A stretch of DNA of 64,000 nt from positions 358,050,001 to 358,114,000 of the forward strand of contig OZ024741.1 in NCBI GenBank assembly GCA_964016885.1, read 5' to 3'. Source of the DNA: Eledone cirrhosa. Taxonomy: Eukaryota. The translations under genes were made by a program, and so were the position numbers. Shown here piece by piece: positions 52,383-64,000 of the stretch (its first letter is position 1; each line of letters starts with the position of its first letter). The notes under the pieces are model-generated. The model was not told the origin of the DNA and made no database searches. It saw only the letters and a program-made list of their open reading frames with translations.

Positions 52383-55300
52383 CGCTTCTTCGCCTATTTA
52401 TTCCTGAGAGGGTTGTGGAGGCAGACTCCTCAAACACTCCTTCCAGCAAGTCCTGTCAGAAGCAACCGTCTCCAACTGATCCGGCTCGATCCTCAAGGGA
52501 GACCAGCCAAGCTCATGGATGTCATCCAACCATCTTGCTTGGGTCTACCTCTGGATCTCCCACCGGTTGGTTTTGCCCGTAAAATCTGTCAAGCGATTTT
52601 TTCCTAAGACATTCTAACCACATGCCCATAGTATCAGAGATGTGATCTCTCAATACGGAGAAGTAGCGGCTCTACCTAGAGTGACTCTCTGATCTCTTAG
52701 TTATGCACTCTATCGAGTAACGTTACTCCAAAGGCCCTTCGAAGGAACCCCATTTCAGCTGCTTGTATTTGCGATCGTATTCTTTCGGACATTGCCCAAG
52801 ATTCATGACCATAGGTAAGGGTTGGGACGAATACCGAATTGAAGATAACGAGTTTGGATTTTACGTCTACCTCCCTTCTTCTGATTACTGAATGCTGAAA
52901 TGATGCATTACTGCACCAGCTCCTGCAATTCTTGCACTTAATTCAGCCTCTTGCCTTCCATCACTCGTGAACACGGCCCCGAGATATTTGAACTTCTCTG
53001 CCTGCTTCAGTGGAAGAGTGCATTTACATGTAGAGTGCACCGTGCAGGCTTCCTTGAGAGGATGAGTCTCAGTTTTCGCAGCACTGATTTTCATTCCAGC
53101 CATGCAGCACTCAGTATCAAACCTATTAAGTGCAAGTCGGAGATCACTTTCCGTTGAGTTAAGTAACACTATGTCGCCTGCAAATTCCAGCCGACTGATT
53201 TTACACGCGCCAGTTATAACACCACTTTCAACCCGGCTGCGTATATCCAGCCTGTTCATGCAAATAATATACAGGAGAGGTGACAGTATGCACCCTTAGC
53301 GAAGTTCGACTCCAACATTGAATGGTTTCGATTAAGCACCATTTATCCGAACACAAATAATCGGGGATTCGTATAGAGACATCAGGGCAGCCAGAAGCTG
53401 ACCATCGATCCCATACTCCTGCACAACCTTCCACAACAGGTCCCGAGGAACGCGGTCATTTGCCTTTTCAAAGTCGACAAAACAAAAATATAACTCTTGG
53501 CAATACTCTCACGATTTATCGAAGCCCTGCCGCAGAGCTGTTCTGCTAGAGAACGAGTCGCAGGTGGCGGATAGCGATACGGCCAGCAGATATGATGGCT
53601 AGTTGCGATATAAGCGGGAAAATGCCGGGCGAATAAGCAACCCCGGACCTACAGCGGTAACCTACTAGTGGAGATGGAGAAATGGGTGACACCTGCGTCA
53701 CAACCCAGTGACGTAGCTAAGACGAAGCAAGTAAAGGTCGCCTCATAAAAAGCATAGTCTTCGTGGGTTTGACAAAGTACCAGATTGGTGACTGGCGCGA
53801 ATAAGACAACTGAAACTGAAACTGAAACTGAAACTGAAACTGCAATATGATAAGTAAAACAAGGAATAACCATAACGCATCGTACTTCACGCGGGTTAAC
53901 AAGGGACACGTTCAGGCCTTAGATAGAGGGGCTTTTTCGGAAAATATATTGCAGTCTCTATTTCATGCTGCAAAAGCTGGCGATGGACCTATGATCTGTT
54001 GTGGGAGGCGTGAGATGGACCTACTAAGATTGCGAATCCCGAGATAAAAAAAAGGGGTCCGGAAGGGAGAAAATCTTGATATTTGGAACCTGGAACATTA
54101 CAATCCTTATAGATAAGGAGCAAGAACTAGTGGAGGAGGCTAGATACTGCCGACTAGATATAGTCGGGATTTCCTCAACAAAGTTCCATGTTCTGATACT
54201 GTAGATTTGGATGGAGGATGGAAACTCCACTATTCAGATGTGGCGCTGGGAATGACTGCACGGGCGGGAGTGGGGATACTCACAAGCCTCTGGCTGTCAG
54301 AATATGTAATGGATTGGATCCCATTAGGAGGGAGGATTTGCCTCTTGAAGCTTAGGTTGAAAGATAGGTCTCTGTGGGTGTTGCAAATTTATGCACCAAA
54401 GAAGGAGTCCGAATACAGGCCCTTCCTTGATGAAGTCACTGCTGCATTAGATGTAGTTAAGACTAAGTTATATATCCTAATGGGAAACTTCAATGCACAT
54501 GTTGGCACTGACCACATGACTTGGAAAGGAGTGATTGGAAGGAATGGCGACCCTGATCTATATACGAATAGAGAGTCCTCACTAGACTTCTGTTCTAGAA
54601 ATGGATTCTCTATTACGAACACCTTCCAGCACAGAGACACCCATAAATGTACATGGTATAAGGGGAATCAGGGACAAAAACAAAAAAAAGATCAATAATT
54701 GATTTTGGTAGTGTCTCTGATCTCTTTGATTCTGTGCTGGATGTTTGTGTTAAGAAAGGGGCTGAGCTGTCAACTGATCACCATCTAGTTATCTGAAACT
54801 TGAGACTACTGAAAACCAAAGAAGCCCACGAAACTAGCAGATCCAGGCTGGCCAACAGGATAAAGTGGGAAACATTGGTGGATAACGAAATTAGGACCAG
54901 GTATGTACATACTATTACATTCAAATTCAGAGAACTCCTTGAGCAAACCGAGGATGTTGAGACAAAATGGGGATTGTTTAGCCCAGCAGCTTCTGCTGAG
55001 CGAAAGAGGTTTGGTATGGCATAGAATTGCAGGAGGACCTCTTAGTTAAATCAAGAGGTCAAAGATACCATCCGAGCAAAGAAGGTGGCTTACAAAGCTT
55101 GACTTGGAAATAAGTCCTCCTCCTTGCACTTGTGGTACAAGCAGGTACGAAAAATCGCAGCAGGGACGTCCAAAAGTTAAGAATGGGAGGAATTTGGGTT
55201 AAGCTGGAATCCGACTTCAGATCAGCAAATAAAGTGTTCTGGCAGACCATATGCCAACTTCGTAATAAGAAGCACTATTCCACACCTGCTATCAAGAACG

Positions 55301-55991
55301 CGTCTGAGGTTCTCCTCTCTTTAGAGAGGTAAATCCTCACGAGGTGGAGAGAATACTTTGCCAATCTCCTAAACCCGATCACAACAGCCTCTGCGGATCT
55401 ACACGAGTTGCATCTGGGAGCAGTGACTAATCTCTCAGAGGCTAAGGTCACAAGAGCAGTTACTGAGCTGAAACGTGACAAGGCCGCCGAGGAAGATGAA
55501 AACCGACCCAAGATGTTAAAGGCCTTAAATAGAGAAGGTATTTTCTACCTGACTCAGGTGGCCTGGATCTCTGGAAAGACACCTAAGCAACGGTAATCGG
55601 GAGTGATAATCCCAATTTTCAAAAAAGGAGACAAGAGAGATGGTTTCAATTACAAAGGGATATCCTTGTTAAGCCTCCCCAGTAAAGTCTATGCTAAGTG
55701 TCTGGCAAAGAGATGTACGGAGATTGTCGAGTCCAAGCTAGCTGATGAACAGTGTGGTTTTCACTCCGGACGCAGCACAGCCGACCAAATATTCACACTG
55801 TGACAGGTCTTCGAGAAATCATGGGAGTATTGCCAAGAGGTATATTCTTGTTTTGTCGACCTTGAAAAGGAATATGATCGCATTCCTCGGGACCTGCTGT
55901 GGAAGGTTGTGCAGGAGTATGGGTTCGATGGTCAGCTTCTCGCTACCCTGATGTCTCTATACGAATGCCGGAGTGTTTTTGTTCGGATAAA
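52383..55991. mobile_element. RTE LINE with 5' inversion (3' part on minus 52383-53536; 5' UTR, endonuclease and RT start on plus 53540-55991)
   Basis: Plus: GTWNITIL, QIYAP, GNFNAHVG, IIPIFKKGDK, QCGFHSGRSTADQIFTL. Minus: LEFAGDIVL, FKYLG. Flanking direct repeat AGAAGATAA at 52374-52382 and 55992-56000. Confidence 0.9.
53808..53843 (+). repeat. (TGAAAC)n hexamer repeat in RTE 5' UTR
   Basis: aactgaaactgaaactgaaactgaaactgaaactg. Confidence 0.9.
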
Positions 55992-56646
55992 AGAAGATAA
56001 TTCTATCCTCATAAGAATATTCTGCCGTCAGCTGTTCATGGCAGTTCGCTCCAGTTCACGAAAGACATTAGAACGATGTAATTTCCCGTAGATTTAGCAC
56101 GACCCAATGTGGTCTTGACCTCAAGGTCAGCAAGTTCTATCAACAAAGGTTAGTTATGTACAAATTTTAACACATTTACTACATACACCAACACCAAACC
56201 ATCACACAGACACTCACATAATTTTACTGTGAATATCTTGGTTTTTCCTATATTGTCACAATAACTTTAAAGCAAGTTATTAAGTAATAAAATTATTAAA
56301 GTAGTGGATCTTATTTATCGTTCATTCACTGCGGCATTTCACATAGCTCTTTATATGTGTACAGATCAACTTACACACTCACCCACCAAGCCAACGTGTA
56401 CTACAATTTCTACCATACTACAATGAACCACTGACCAATTCATTCAACAACACAACATCAAATTTACACCAGTTACAATCGGTGAACACATTCGGTCAAC
56501 AACAATCGTCAAAATCAATATTAGTTTAAAAATGAATTCCTCTACAGTGGAAGTCGTTTATTATAATTCATAGATAATGTTGTCGACCATTTCGACCATT
56601 GGGTTCCATATTCTTTGTTTATAATGAATTGAAAATTATTAGTTTA

Positions 56647-57721
56647 CTAGCCGAATTATCCGCGCCTTGCTGCGTTTCACACATTTTTTTTGTAAGAAAA
56701 TGATGATTGATTTTAAATCAGTGATATAATTTATGGAGAAAAACTCTGCATTTCAATATTACTCAATGTAAAATGTAATGCATGAAAAATTGGAAAACAT
56801 TATTTTTTGTAATATATCAAACCAAAATTACATTATTAAATCTTATTCTTATTTTGTTTCTTGTAAATAATTTTTTTCAAAATATAAATTCAAAACTTGA
56901 TCATTTCATTTTTGTGTAAAGCATTATTTTCAAATTAGAAATTCTAAGTTTAATTATTTATTTTTTAATATAATAAATACATGAAAATATATTTCATACT
57001 TTGTCCTAATGAAGAACTTCAGGGTAAACAACATTTCTTGTCTTTCTTTGATTGACTAAAATGTAGAGATTTTTTGAAGTTCCAGTCCTTGAAACAGCCA
57101 CATAAAACATGCCATGACTGAAACATGGATTTGTCAGATCTATACCAATAGTTTTGAAAGTTTGACCTTGACTCTTATTGATGCTCATGCCAAAGCATGG
57201 TCTCACTGGGAATTGCAGCCTCTTAAATGTAAAAGGCAACTCACTATCACTTGGTATAAGTGGAATCTTCGGAATGAGAAGAGCTTGACCTTTGTAAGCC
57301 CTAATATAATGGTTGCTTCAATCAAGTTCTCATGCAATCTTTGTTACAACACATCTTGTTCCATTTATTGGCCAACATTTTCCCTATGGGGTTTTAAGCT
57401 CCATTAGGGTGTCTTAATATTATTGAAATTTGCTGAAATTTTGTGAATAGGTATCATATCTTGTCATTTACCTATAGTTTAAATTTCATATAAATCGAAG
57501 GGAAAACATTTTCAGCGGCGGTTTGTGCCCCCGGGGAACCTCCCGTCCCGGGGAACCCTTTGATTAAAATGAAATATACTTATCCAAGTACCCTGGGCAA
57601 TGTAGTTTCAGAATATATATGGTTATGGGGGTCTATCTCCAAAACCATAGGAGGAGTTCGTGAACAAACAAACAAAAAAACAAACAAACAGACAGGAACT
57701 ACAACTTTATATATATATAGA
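56647..57721 (-). mobile_element. Internally deleted Helitron with both termini and Pif1 C-terminal fragment
   Basis: A|TCTATATATATAT... at the 5' end; hairpin CGCAGCAAGGCGCG then CTAG|T at the 3' end; ORF 57006..57239 FKRLQFPVRPCFGMSINKSQGQT...FSHGMFYVAVSR. Confidence 0.92.
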
Positions 57722-57782
57722 TTATAATTTATTATAAACGCTATTACGACATCGACAGAAATAGCCATGACGTCATCTAAAG

Positions 57783-58059
57783 ATATGTAACGGAATACTC
57801 CTATATTTTACCTGGCGAATATTCGAAACCGAATCTGAGGGTTCTCGCCTCTAAAACCACCTATTGTTGGGAGTTCCCACCATTGTCCTGTCAAGAACCT
57901 GGAGTCACACAGGTCAAGTGGTATTTACGTTTATCATAGTTGTCTCTTGACAGGGCAATGGTGGGAACTCCCAACAATAGGTGGTTTTAGAGGCGAGAAC
58001 CTTCAGATTCAATTTTGAAACTTCGCCATGTAAAACATAGGAGTATTCCGTTACAGATA
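57783..58059. mobile_element. Foldback MITE with ~112-bp inverted repeats
   Basis: tgtaacggaatactcctat...tgtcaaga (57786-57897) pairs with tcttgaca...ataggagtattccgttaca (57945-58055). Confidence 0.9.
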
Positions 58060-58065
58060 TGTTAA

Positions 58066-58269
58066 CCTTTTGCATTTATATTACTCTATATTTATTATTA
58101 TATTTTCGCAGTAAACAGTTTACTTCACATAATATCGAATCTATGAGATTTTGATATTTATTGTGAGAACAATAACTTAACATCAGTATGAACAGCCGGT
58201 TATTGCCAATTTGAACAGAAAAAGGTGAGAGAATTCTGGCCGTATATGGCTGGTTTAAATGCTAAAGGG
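58066..58269. mobile_element. piggyBac-type MITE
   Basis: TTAA at 58062-58065 and 58270-58273; imperfect TIRs ccttttgcattta / taaatgctaaaggg. Confidence 0.75.
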
Positions 58270-58999
58270 TTAAGGCACCTCAGAGGCAGGCATATTCATT
58301 TTTTGCTTTTTCTTCGCCAAATACGAACATAGGACTGCTTACTGTTCTGGCTATCTTTGACCAGCGAAACAAACAACTAATTTCTCCACTAAAGTGGTGA
58401 CGTCCCGACGTTAGAACACATAACCCCATTTCAACAAAAAAACATCCAAACAAGCCAACAGTACCGATTTCCTACCCTCGTATTCAACAGCATGGAAACC
58501 CAAAGAAGAAAAATATTCACACATAAGAAGAAAAAAGAGAACGAAAATACTATAAATCTTAATTGTTTAAGCCAGTTATATTTTTACTCTTAAAAAAAAA
58601 TCGGATATGAACTTCTAACTCTATCACTTTTCCCTAATGTTTGACGTATTTTTCATGTCAATTTCATAACCCAGTTTATACACACACACACACATATATA
58701 TATCTATATATCTATGTAGGAGGTAAGTTTTATTGTAGTACAATAAAGCAATGCAGATATCGGATAAGAAGCACTCTACAGTTTGTAGGACTGGAGTATA
58801 CATAATATATAAGATCAAAAGATGGTTAAAAGAGTTCCATGATATGTTGATTTAAAACTGCACTATCCACAAGTGTTTTTTAACCTTCATATCATATCTT
58901 CCTATTTTATCTGATGAAAACACAAATGTTATTACATGATGATATTTGTTTTTGAAATGCGCATAATAAAATACATGGAACTCTTTTAACCATCTTTTG

Positions 59000-59039
<40 letters not shown>

Positions 59040-59599
59040 TATCGTGTGTTAGATTATTGTAAGACGATCAAATTGAATTTATAAATCCCCTATAATTTAA
59101 TGAGCTCATTGAATAGATTCCGGGCTCTTTATAAATCAGCATATAGAGAGAAGTACACATAGAGACACGTGTTCAATCATCGGGGATCAAATAACACCAG
59201 AGCGACGAGCATATCAACTACGGAAGGACTGGTGAATACAAATCAATTAAAAGAATATATTAAAATTATATTAATAGTCAGATATTGTATCAGGGCAGGA
59301 GAGAGGCCACGGTAGTAATAGTTAACATTAAAAGAGAAATGATATAGGGGGATACTATAGGAAGTGTATTATAAATAATTGTAAAAGTGAATGAGTTAAA
59401 ACGAGAATAGGGGTTCAGGGTTGTCAATTAAAATAATATAATAAGTAAAAGTAAAGAAGAAAATAGCATTAATATAAGACAGGCAAAAATAAAATATTGA
59501 AAAAAGAAAAAAATCGGATATAAATTAATTAGGAAGAAAATTTGAACTAGTAGGCATATCATTTGACGGTGAGGTGATAGGGGAGTTAAAAGAATAACT

Positions 59600-60910
59600 A
59601 TTGTAGTTAGAATTACTAGTGTATGAAGGGTTAAGAGGTAGAGTTAAATTAACAGAAAGGGAGACACTATGTTTTTTTTTAGTTTCTTATGGTTACTAAA
59701 AGCAATATAATCGGCCAAGTTATGGGTAGTAGAGAAATTTTAACGTTATTTGGGGTAGGATTATTCTTGCACAATCTACAATATGGCTTCGTCTAGGATT
59801 TGTTGACGATGGATTTGTCGTTCTTTTGCGTAATGACACATCCATCTGTCCGATGTAGTTATGCCGGCATCTACCACATATGATTTCGTAGATCAAGTTC
59901 TCTGAGTTGCAGATGGAGTTATCTTTCATTGTAAATATTTGGTGGGTTTTTTTAAAATGTAAATTCTTGTCTCTCCTAACACGCCTCTATTATATATTTC
60001 TGATGGCTTGTCGGTGGATTGGCAGTATCGGTAGAGGGTCGGACGCCATGCTTTGACGCATAGAGTTACGGCCCTTGCCATTCTGAGTTCAAATCCCGCC
60101 GAGGTTAACTTTGCCTTTCATCCTTACGGGGTCGATAAAATAAAGTACTAGTAATGCACTGGGTAATTGCTGGCCTTGTGCCAAAAATAGAAACAATTAT
60201 ATATTTCTGATGTAACATTCCCTGCTTGTCTCTGCTGTTGACGAATTACACTTATCCACACATATGTAAGGAGATATCCACCTACATAAGAAGTCAGCCA
60301 ACCATGAGCACATATTAAAGTATATTAAGTATAGGCATGTGCCACAATTTGTTCTTGCTCCTTTTGTCACAGTTGGGTTGGGGCTGTGATTGTGTATTTT
60401 TGTTCCAGTGAGAATATGTTTTAGTGTTTGGTGTTGTGTGTTTCTAGGATTTTTTCATTTTTCATTTTCAAATAGAATGGGTATGTTTTTGTGGAGATAG
60501 TCGAACATTTCGGTGTTTCTGGGATTGAAGGGGGATAAATATGATAAGGTATTGTTCTTGGTTCTGTGTTTTGGCTTGTTAAGTTCATGGAAATCAACGT
60601 GTTTTACTCTGTCTGTTCCGTTATTAATTATGTCAAGTGGGAAGGCTATTAAGCATATGTGTCTATTAGTTCATTTAGTCTTTGTTTCCATTTAGTTGGG
60701 TCTGATACTATGGTGCATATACGTTTGGCTAAGCTAAAAGGATTATAGTTTTGTATGTTTTGGGTGACTTGATGTGAAGAGAAGGTACTGTTTGGAGTTC
60801 GTGGGTTTATAAAAGATGTCCGTTTCTATTTTGTCATCTGTTTTTTTTTTTGTAATTAGGATATCTAAGAAGGCTAATTCCTTGGGGTTGGATTCCATTG
60901 TTGTTTATTT
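59600..60910 (-). mobile_element. Second Penelope-like element remnant (RT C-terminus plus GIY-YIG)
   Basis: ORF 59720..59929 reads CNSENLIYEIICGRCRHNYIGQM...LRKR. Upstream decayed RT-thumb-like sequence. Boundaries approximate. Confidence 0.7.
60006..60195 (+). mobile_element. tRNA-derived SINE family A inserted into the Penelope remnant
   Basis: A/B boxes (TGGCAGTATCGG, GAGTTCAAATCC); 17-bp TSD attatatatttctgatg at 59989-60005 and 60196-60212. Confidence 0.9.
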
Positions 60911-61153
60911 ATTGTCAAAGATCTTTCGTCACACATTCTGTGACCTCCTCAGTGACACACAAAAACAAGATGGTGTAGGACAGAACAAAGAAGAGACGCA
61001 AAATAAAAAAAAACAGTCACCGAGGGGGTCACAGAATGTATGACGAAAGAGTTTTGACAATAAATAACCAACCAACCGGAAATTTTAAATAAATTGAATT
61101 GAAAACCAACAGGTGCGTCTGTTTTTATTGGCAGCATGACATTCCCAAAGTAT

Positions 61154-61320
<167 letters not shown>

Positions 61321-62698
61321 TGACAAAGGCGCTGTTTGGTTACTAACAAATATTGTTTAGAAAATGTAAGAGAAACCAAACACAAGGACAATTCACGCTC
61401 TTCGGCTGTCTGCTGTCGGTCGCTGATGTTTTGGCGCATTAAAGACAGTACATCTCACCACAGTGCGTTAATAATTAAGAGGAATGGTTATTAGGGAGGA
61501 ATTCCCCCTCCAACAAAAACAAAGACGATAGGGAAGAGAACGACAGAAAAAGAAAATAAACAATAGAGACAGTAGTATATGTAAGTTGCAGTAACCAATG
61601 GGAGAGAAGTTAAAAAGAAGACCAAACGTAAGCCCTGAATCCGTATTAACAGTACGAGAGAGAGCGAAGAGAAAACGTTTGATCATAGCGAGAACAGTGA
61701 CTTTGTCACTTTTAATTCATATTAATTTATTGCTGTGACCTCCGTTCTATCCGCCCTATCTTGCTTGTTGTTAATTCTGGTTTTGAACTTAAGTTCTGCC
61801 ATTTTGGATTAACTCTTTTTTTCTCTCCTTTCTCCCTCTTTCTTTCTCTTCCTTTCTCACCCTACCCCCCACTAATTCTGAAATGCTTCTACTATCCTTG
61901 CATCCACAACCAATACAGTTTCCATATCTACAGCTCAGTTTCCGTCGATGTTACAAGTTACGCATTTTTCGACAGGCTACATGCACAAGTCTTTCTGTAG
62001 ATTAAATTGTGTAAAAGCACACACACCCTGGATACTACATGCACACCATACTGACTTAAACGAAAGGAAAGGGCACACGAGATAATGTAGTCCTAGATAT
62101 ACTTACTTAGTTTGAAAACAGAATGAGTTTGGAATGCTTTTGATTATCTATCTACTCAGTCAGAGCTGACCTAGTGATAAACAATAAATACATCAACACT
62201 AACAGCTGCTGTCAACAATGGGAATATTGTTACGTTACACCACTCCGTCACCTCCACTATTAACAAGAGCAAGAACAACAATAGCAACTACAAAAACAAT
62301 AATAAAAACAACCTCAATCACAACAAATATAACAACAATAAACACAAGAACAGCAGTGAGGTACTGCTAAGTGAAATGACTCTAAAAGCCTCGTTAACCA
62401 GAATAATCGCAGGACAGGTTGTGATACTGTCCAAGGAAGTAGAGGTTTCCTGGCACTACCAAACCTGTTCATCTCAGCATCTATTATCTGAATGTAGCAG
62501 TTATTTATTTCAAGTGTTTGTTGATAGTTGTTTATATCAAATAGTTTGGCGAACTATTAAGTGTTTACTTCCTTCCACTCTCATTCACTTTGCCATTTGC
62601 CTCACCTGTTACAAAATAGATGTATGTTTTGTAGGTTAAATCTCAACTACGCACACATGTGTGTTTTTATTGTATGCGTGAAAGTACGCGCATGCAGC

Positions 62699-62807
<109 letters not shown>

Positions 62808-62855
62808 TATGTGCGTTAAAAAAAAGATATTGTTTGTAGAGGACTTTATTGTAAA

Positions 62856-63620
62856 ACTAACTGAGTTACCCGGCTTCGCCAGGGAGAGCAGTTCAGAGAA
62901 GACGAATAAAAGATAAAACGACTGTATTGGATGTGTTGTCTGGTTTATTATATGAGGTGAGACCGCAATGTGTGTGTGTGTGTGTGAGAGAGAGAGAGTG
63001 AGAGAGAGACATAAAAAAACAATAATAAAACTTCCTTTTTAGGCTGGGGGAGTAAACTGCCGATTAAATGGGATCATTGGTCTTGGATTTTAAATGTTGT
63101 GAAATAACCATAGTCAGTATGACCTTTATTAGCTCCAAAGGACGTCATCTGAAATGCAACAATATTCCGCATAACATTGCTTCTGAAGTGTTTAGCTTCG
63201 TTAGTACGGTCTGTAAGCAGTATATGGATAAAAGCTGGAAGGTCCTCTATCAGTGGAAGTCTGACTTCCTCCTAAGCAACACATGCCAAGTGTAATATCC
63301 ATGCTACCAATTGCGACTTTAGGATCATTTCTATAATTCTTCGATGGACCATATGAAAACACAGCTCTAAGCCAGTTTATTCTGCCTTGAAGAGTCGTTT
63401 GTGCTCGTCAAGTTTGCATTGCAACTGTCATTGCCTCTTGGTGATTTTCATATTGAACCTTTGTTTATTGCGATAGTCTTTCTTCTTGCCTTAATCTTTC
63501 TGTTTCCTGTTTTCAGCTTCTGTTCACTTTCAGAAAACTGCGGTCGTATTTCTCGTTGTCTTAATCTTTCTTTTTCACGTCTCATATTCTGAATTACGTC
63601 AATAATAACACAGAACAAAA
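62856..63620 (-). mobile_element. Helitron deletion derivative with Rep N-terminal fragment
   Basis: Minus strand 63040-63300 reads GMCC../VRLPLIEDLP...AKHFRSN.../AFQMTSFGA...TTFKIQ...HLIGSLLP. 3' hairpin CCCTGGCGAAGCCGGG then TTAG|T at 62856. 5' end not located. Confidence 0.75.
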
Positions 63621-63719
63621 TAGAAATAATGCAAATAGCAGCCTTAGAGAAGAGAATGTCTTCTGAATTAGGTCAATAATAACATGTCACTCTCCTCAAA
63701 AAGATAAATTAATATACAC

Positions 63720-63721
<2 letters not shown>

Positions 63722-63763
<42 letters not shown>

Positions 63764-63765
63764 GA

Positions 63766-63826
<61 letters not shown>

Positions 63827-63840
63827 TGAGAGAGAGAGAG
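63722..63840 (+). repeat. (GA)n microsatellite
   Basis: Direct reading. Confidence 0.95.
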
Positions 63841-64000
63841 TATTTTTCAAGACGCAGATAAAATTACATTCTAATAAAAGCCTTCATTTATGCAGTCGAA
63901 GGAGTGCACAATATTGAACACGGTGCTATTTACAAATGTATTAAGTTCCACATAAACGGTAAAACTCTTAACGCCCTGTTCCACTTGAAACTGTATCACC

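Noticed and set aside
62465-62605. Possible 5' UTR exon of the receptor (ttttgtaacag|...GAACAG|gtttgg on minus)
   Set aside because: Splice-like signals only, with stops in the frames checked; cannot be supported without transcripts.

Overview
AT-rich, repeat-dense animal genomic DNA. The SINE families look cephalopod (octopus-like); this is an inference. One host gene can be assembled by eye on the minus strand: seven phase-compatible GT-AG exons between 51222 and 19032. They encode about 380 aa of an interleukin-17 receptor-like type I membrane protein (FnIII-like ectodomain part, stalk, TM helix, SEFIR domain); its 5' exons were not confidently found. Introns and flanks are filled with mobile DNA: several Helitrons (one with decayed Rep/Pif1), a 13.4-kb 23-bp satellite that starts inside a Helitron and has a higher-order triplication, a near-complete CsRn1-clade Gypsy element with both LTRs and a 4-bp TSD, and an RTE LINE with a twin-priming-like 5' inversion and a structured 5' leader. 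There are also other RTE/CR1-type remnants, Penelope-like GIY-YIG elements, tRNA-derived SINEs and MITEs. All exon joins, family assignments and divergence counts were made by eye without database searches.
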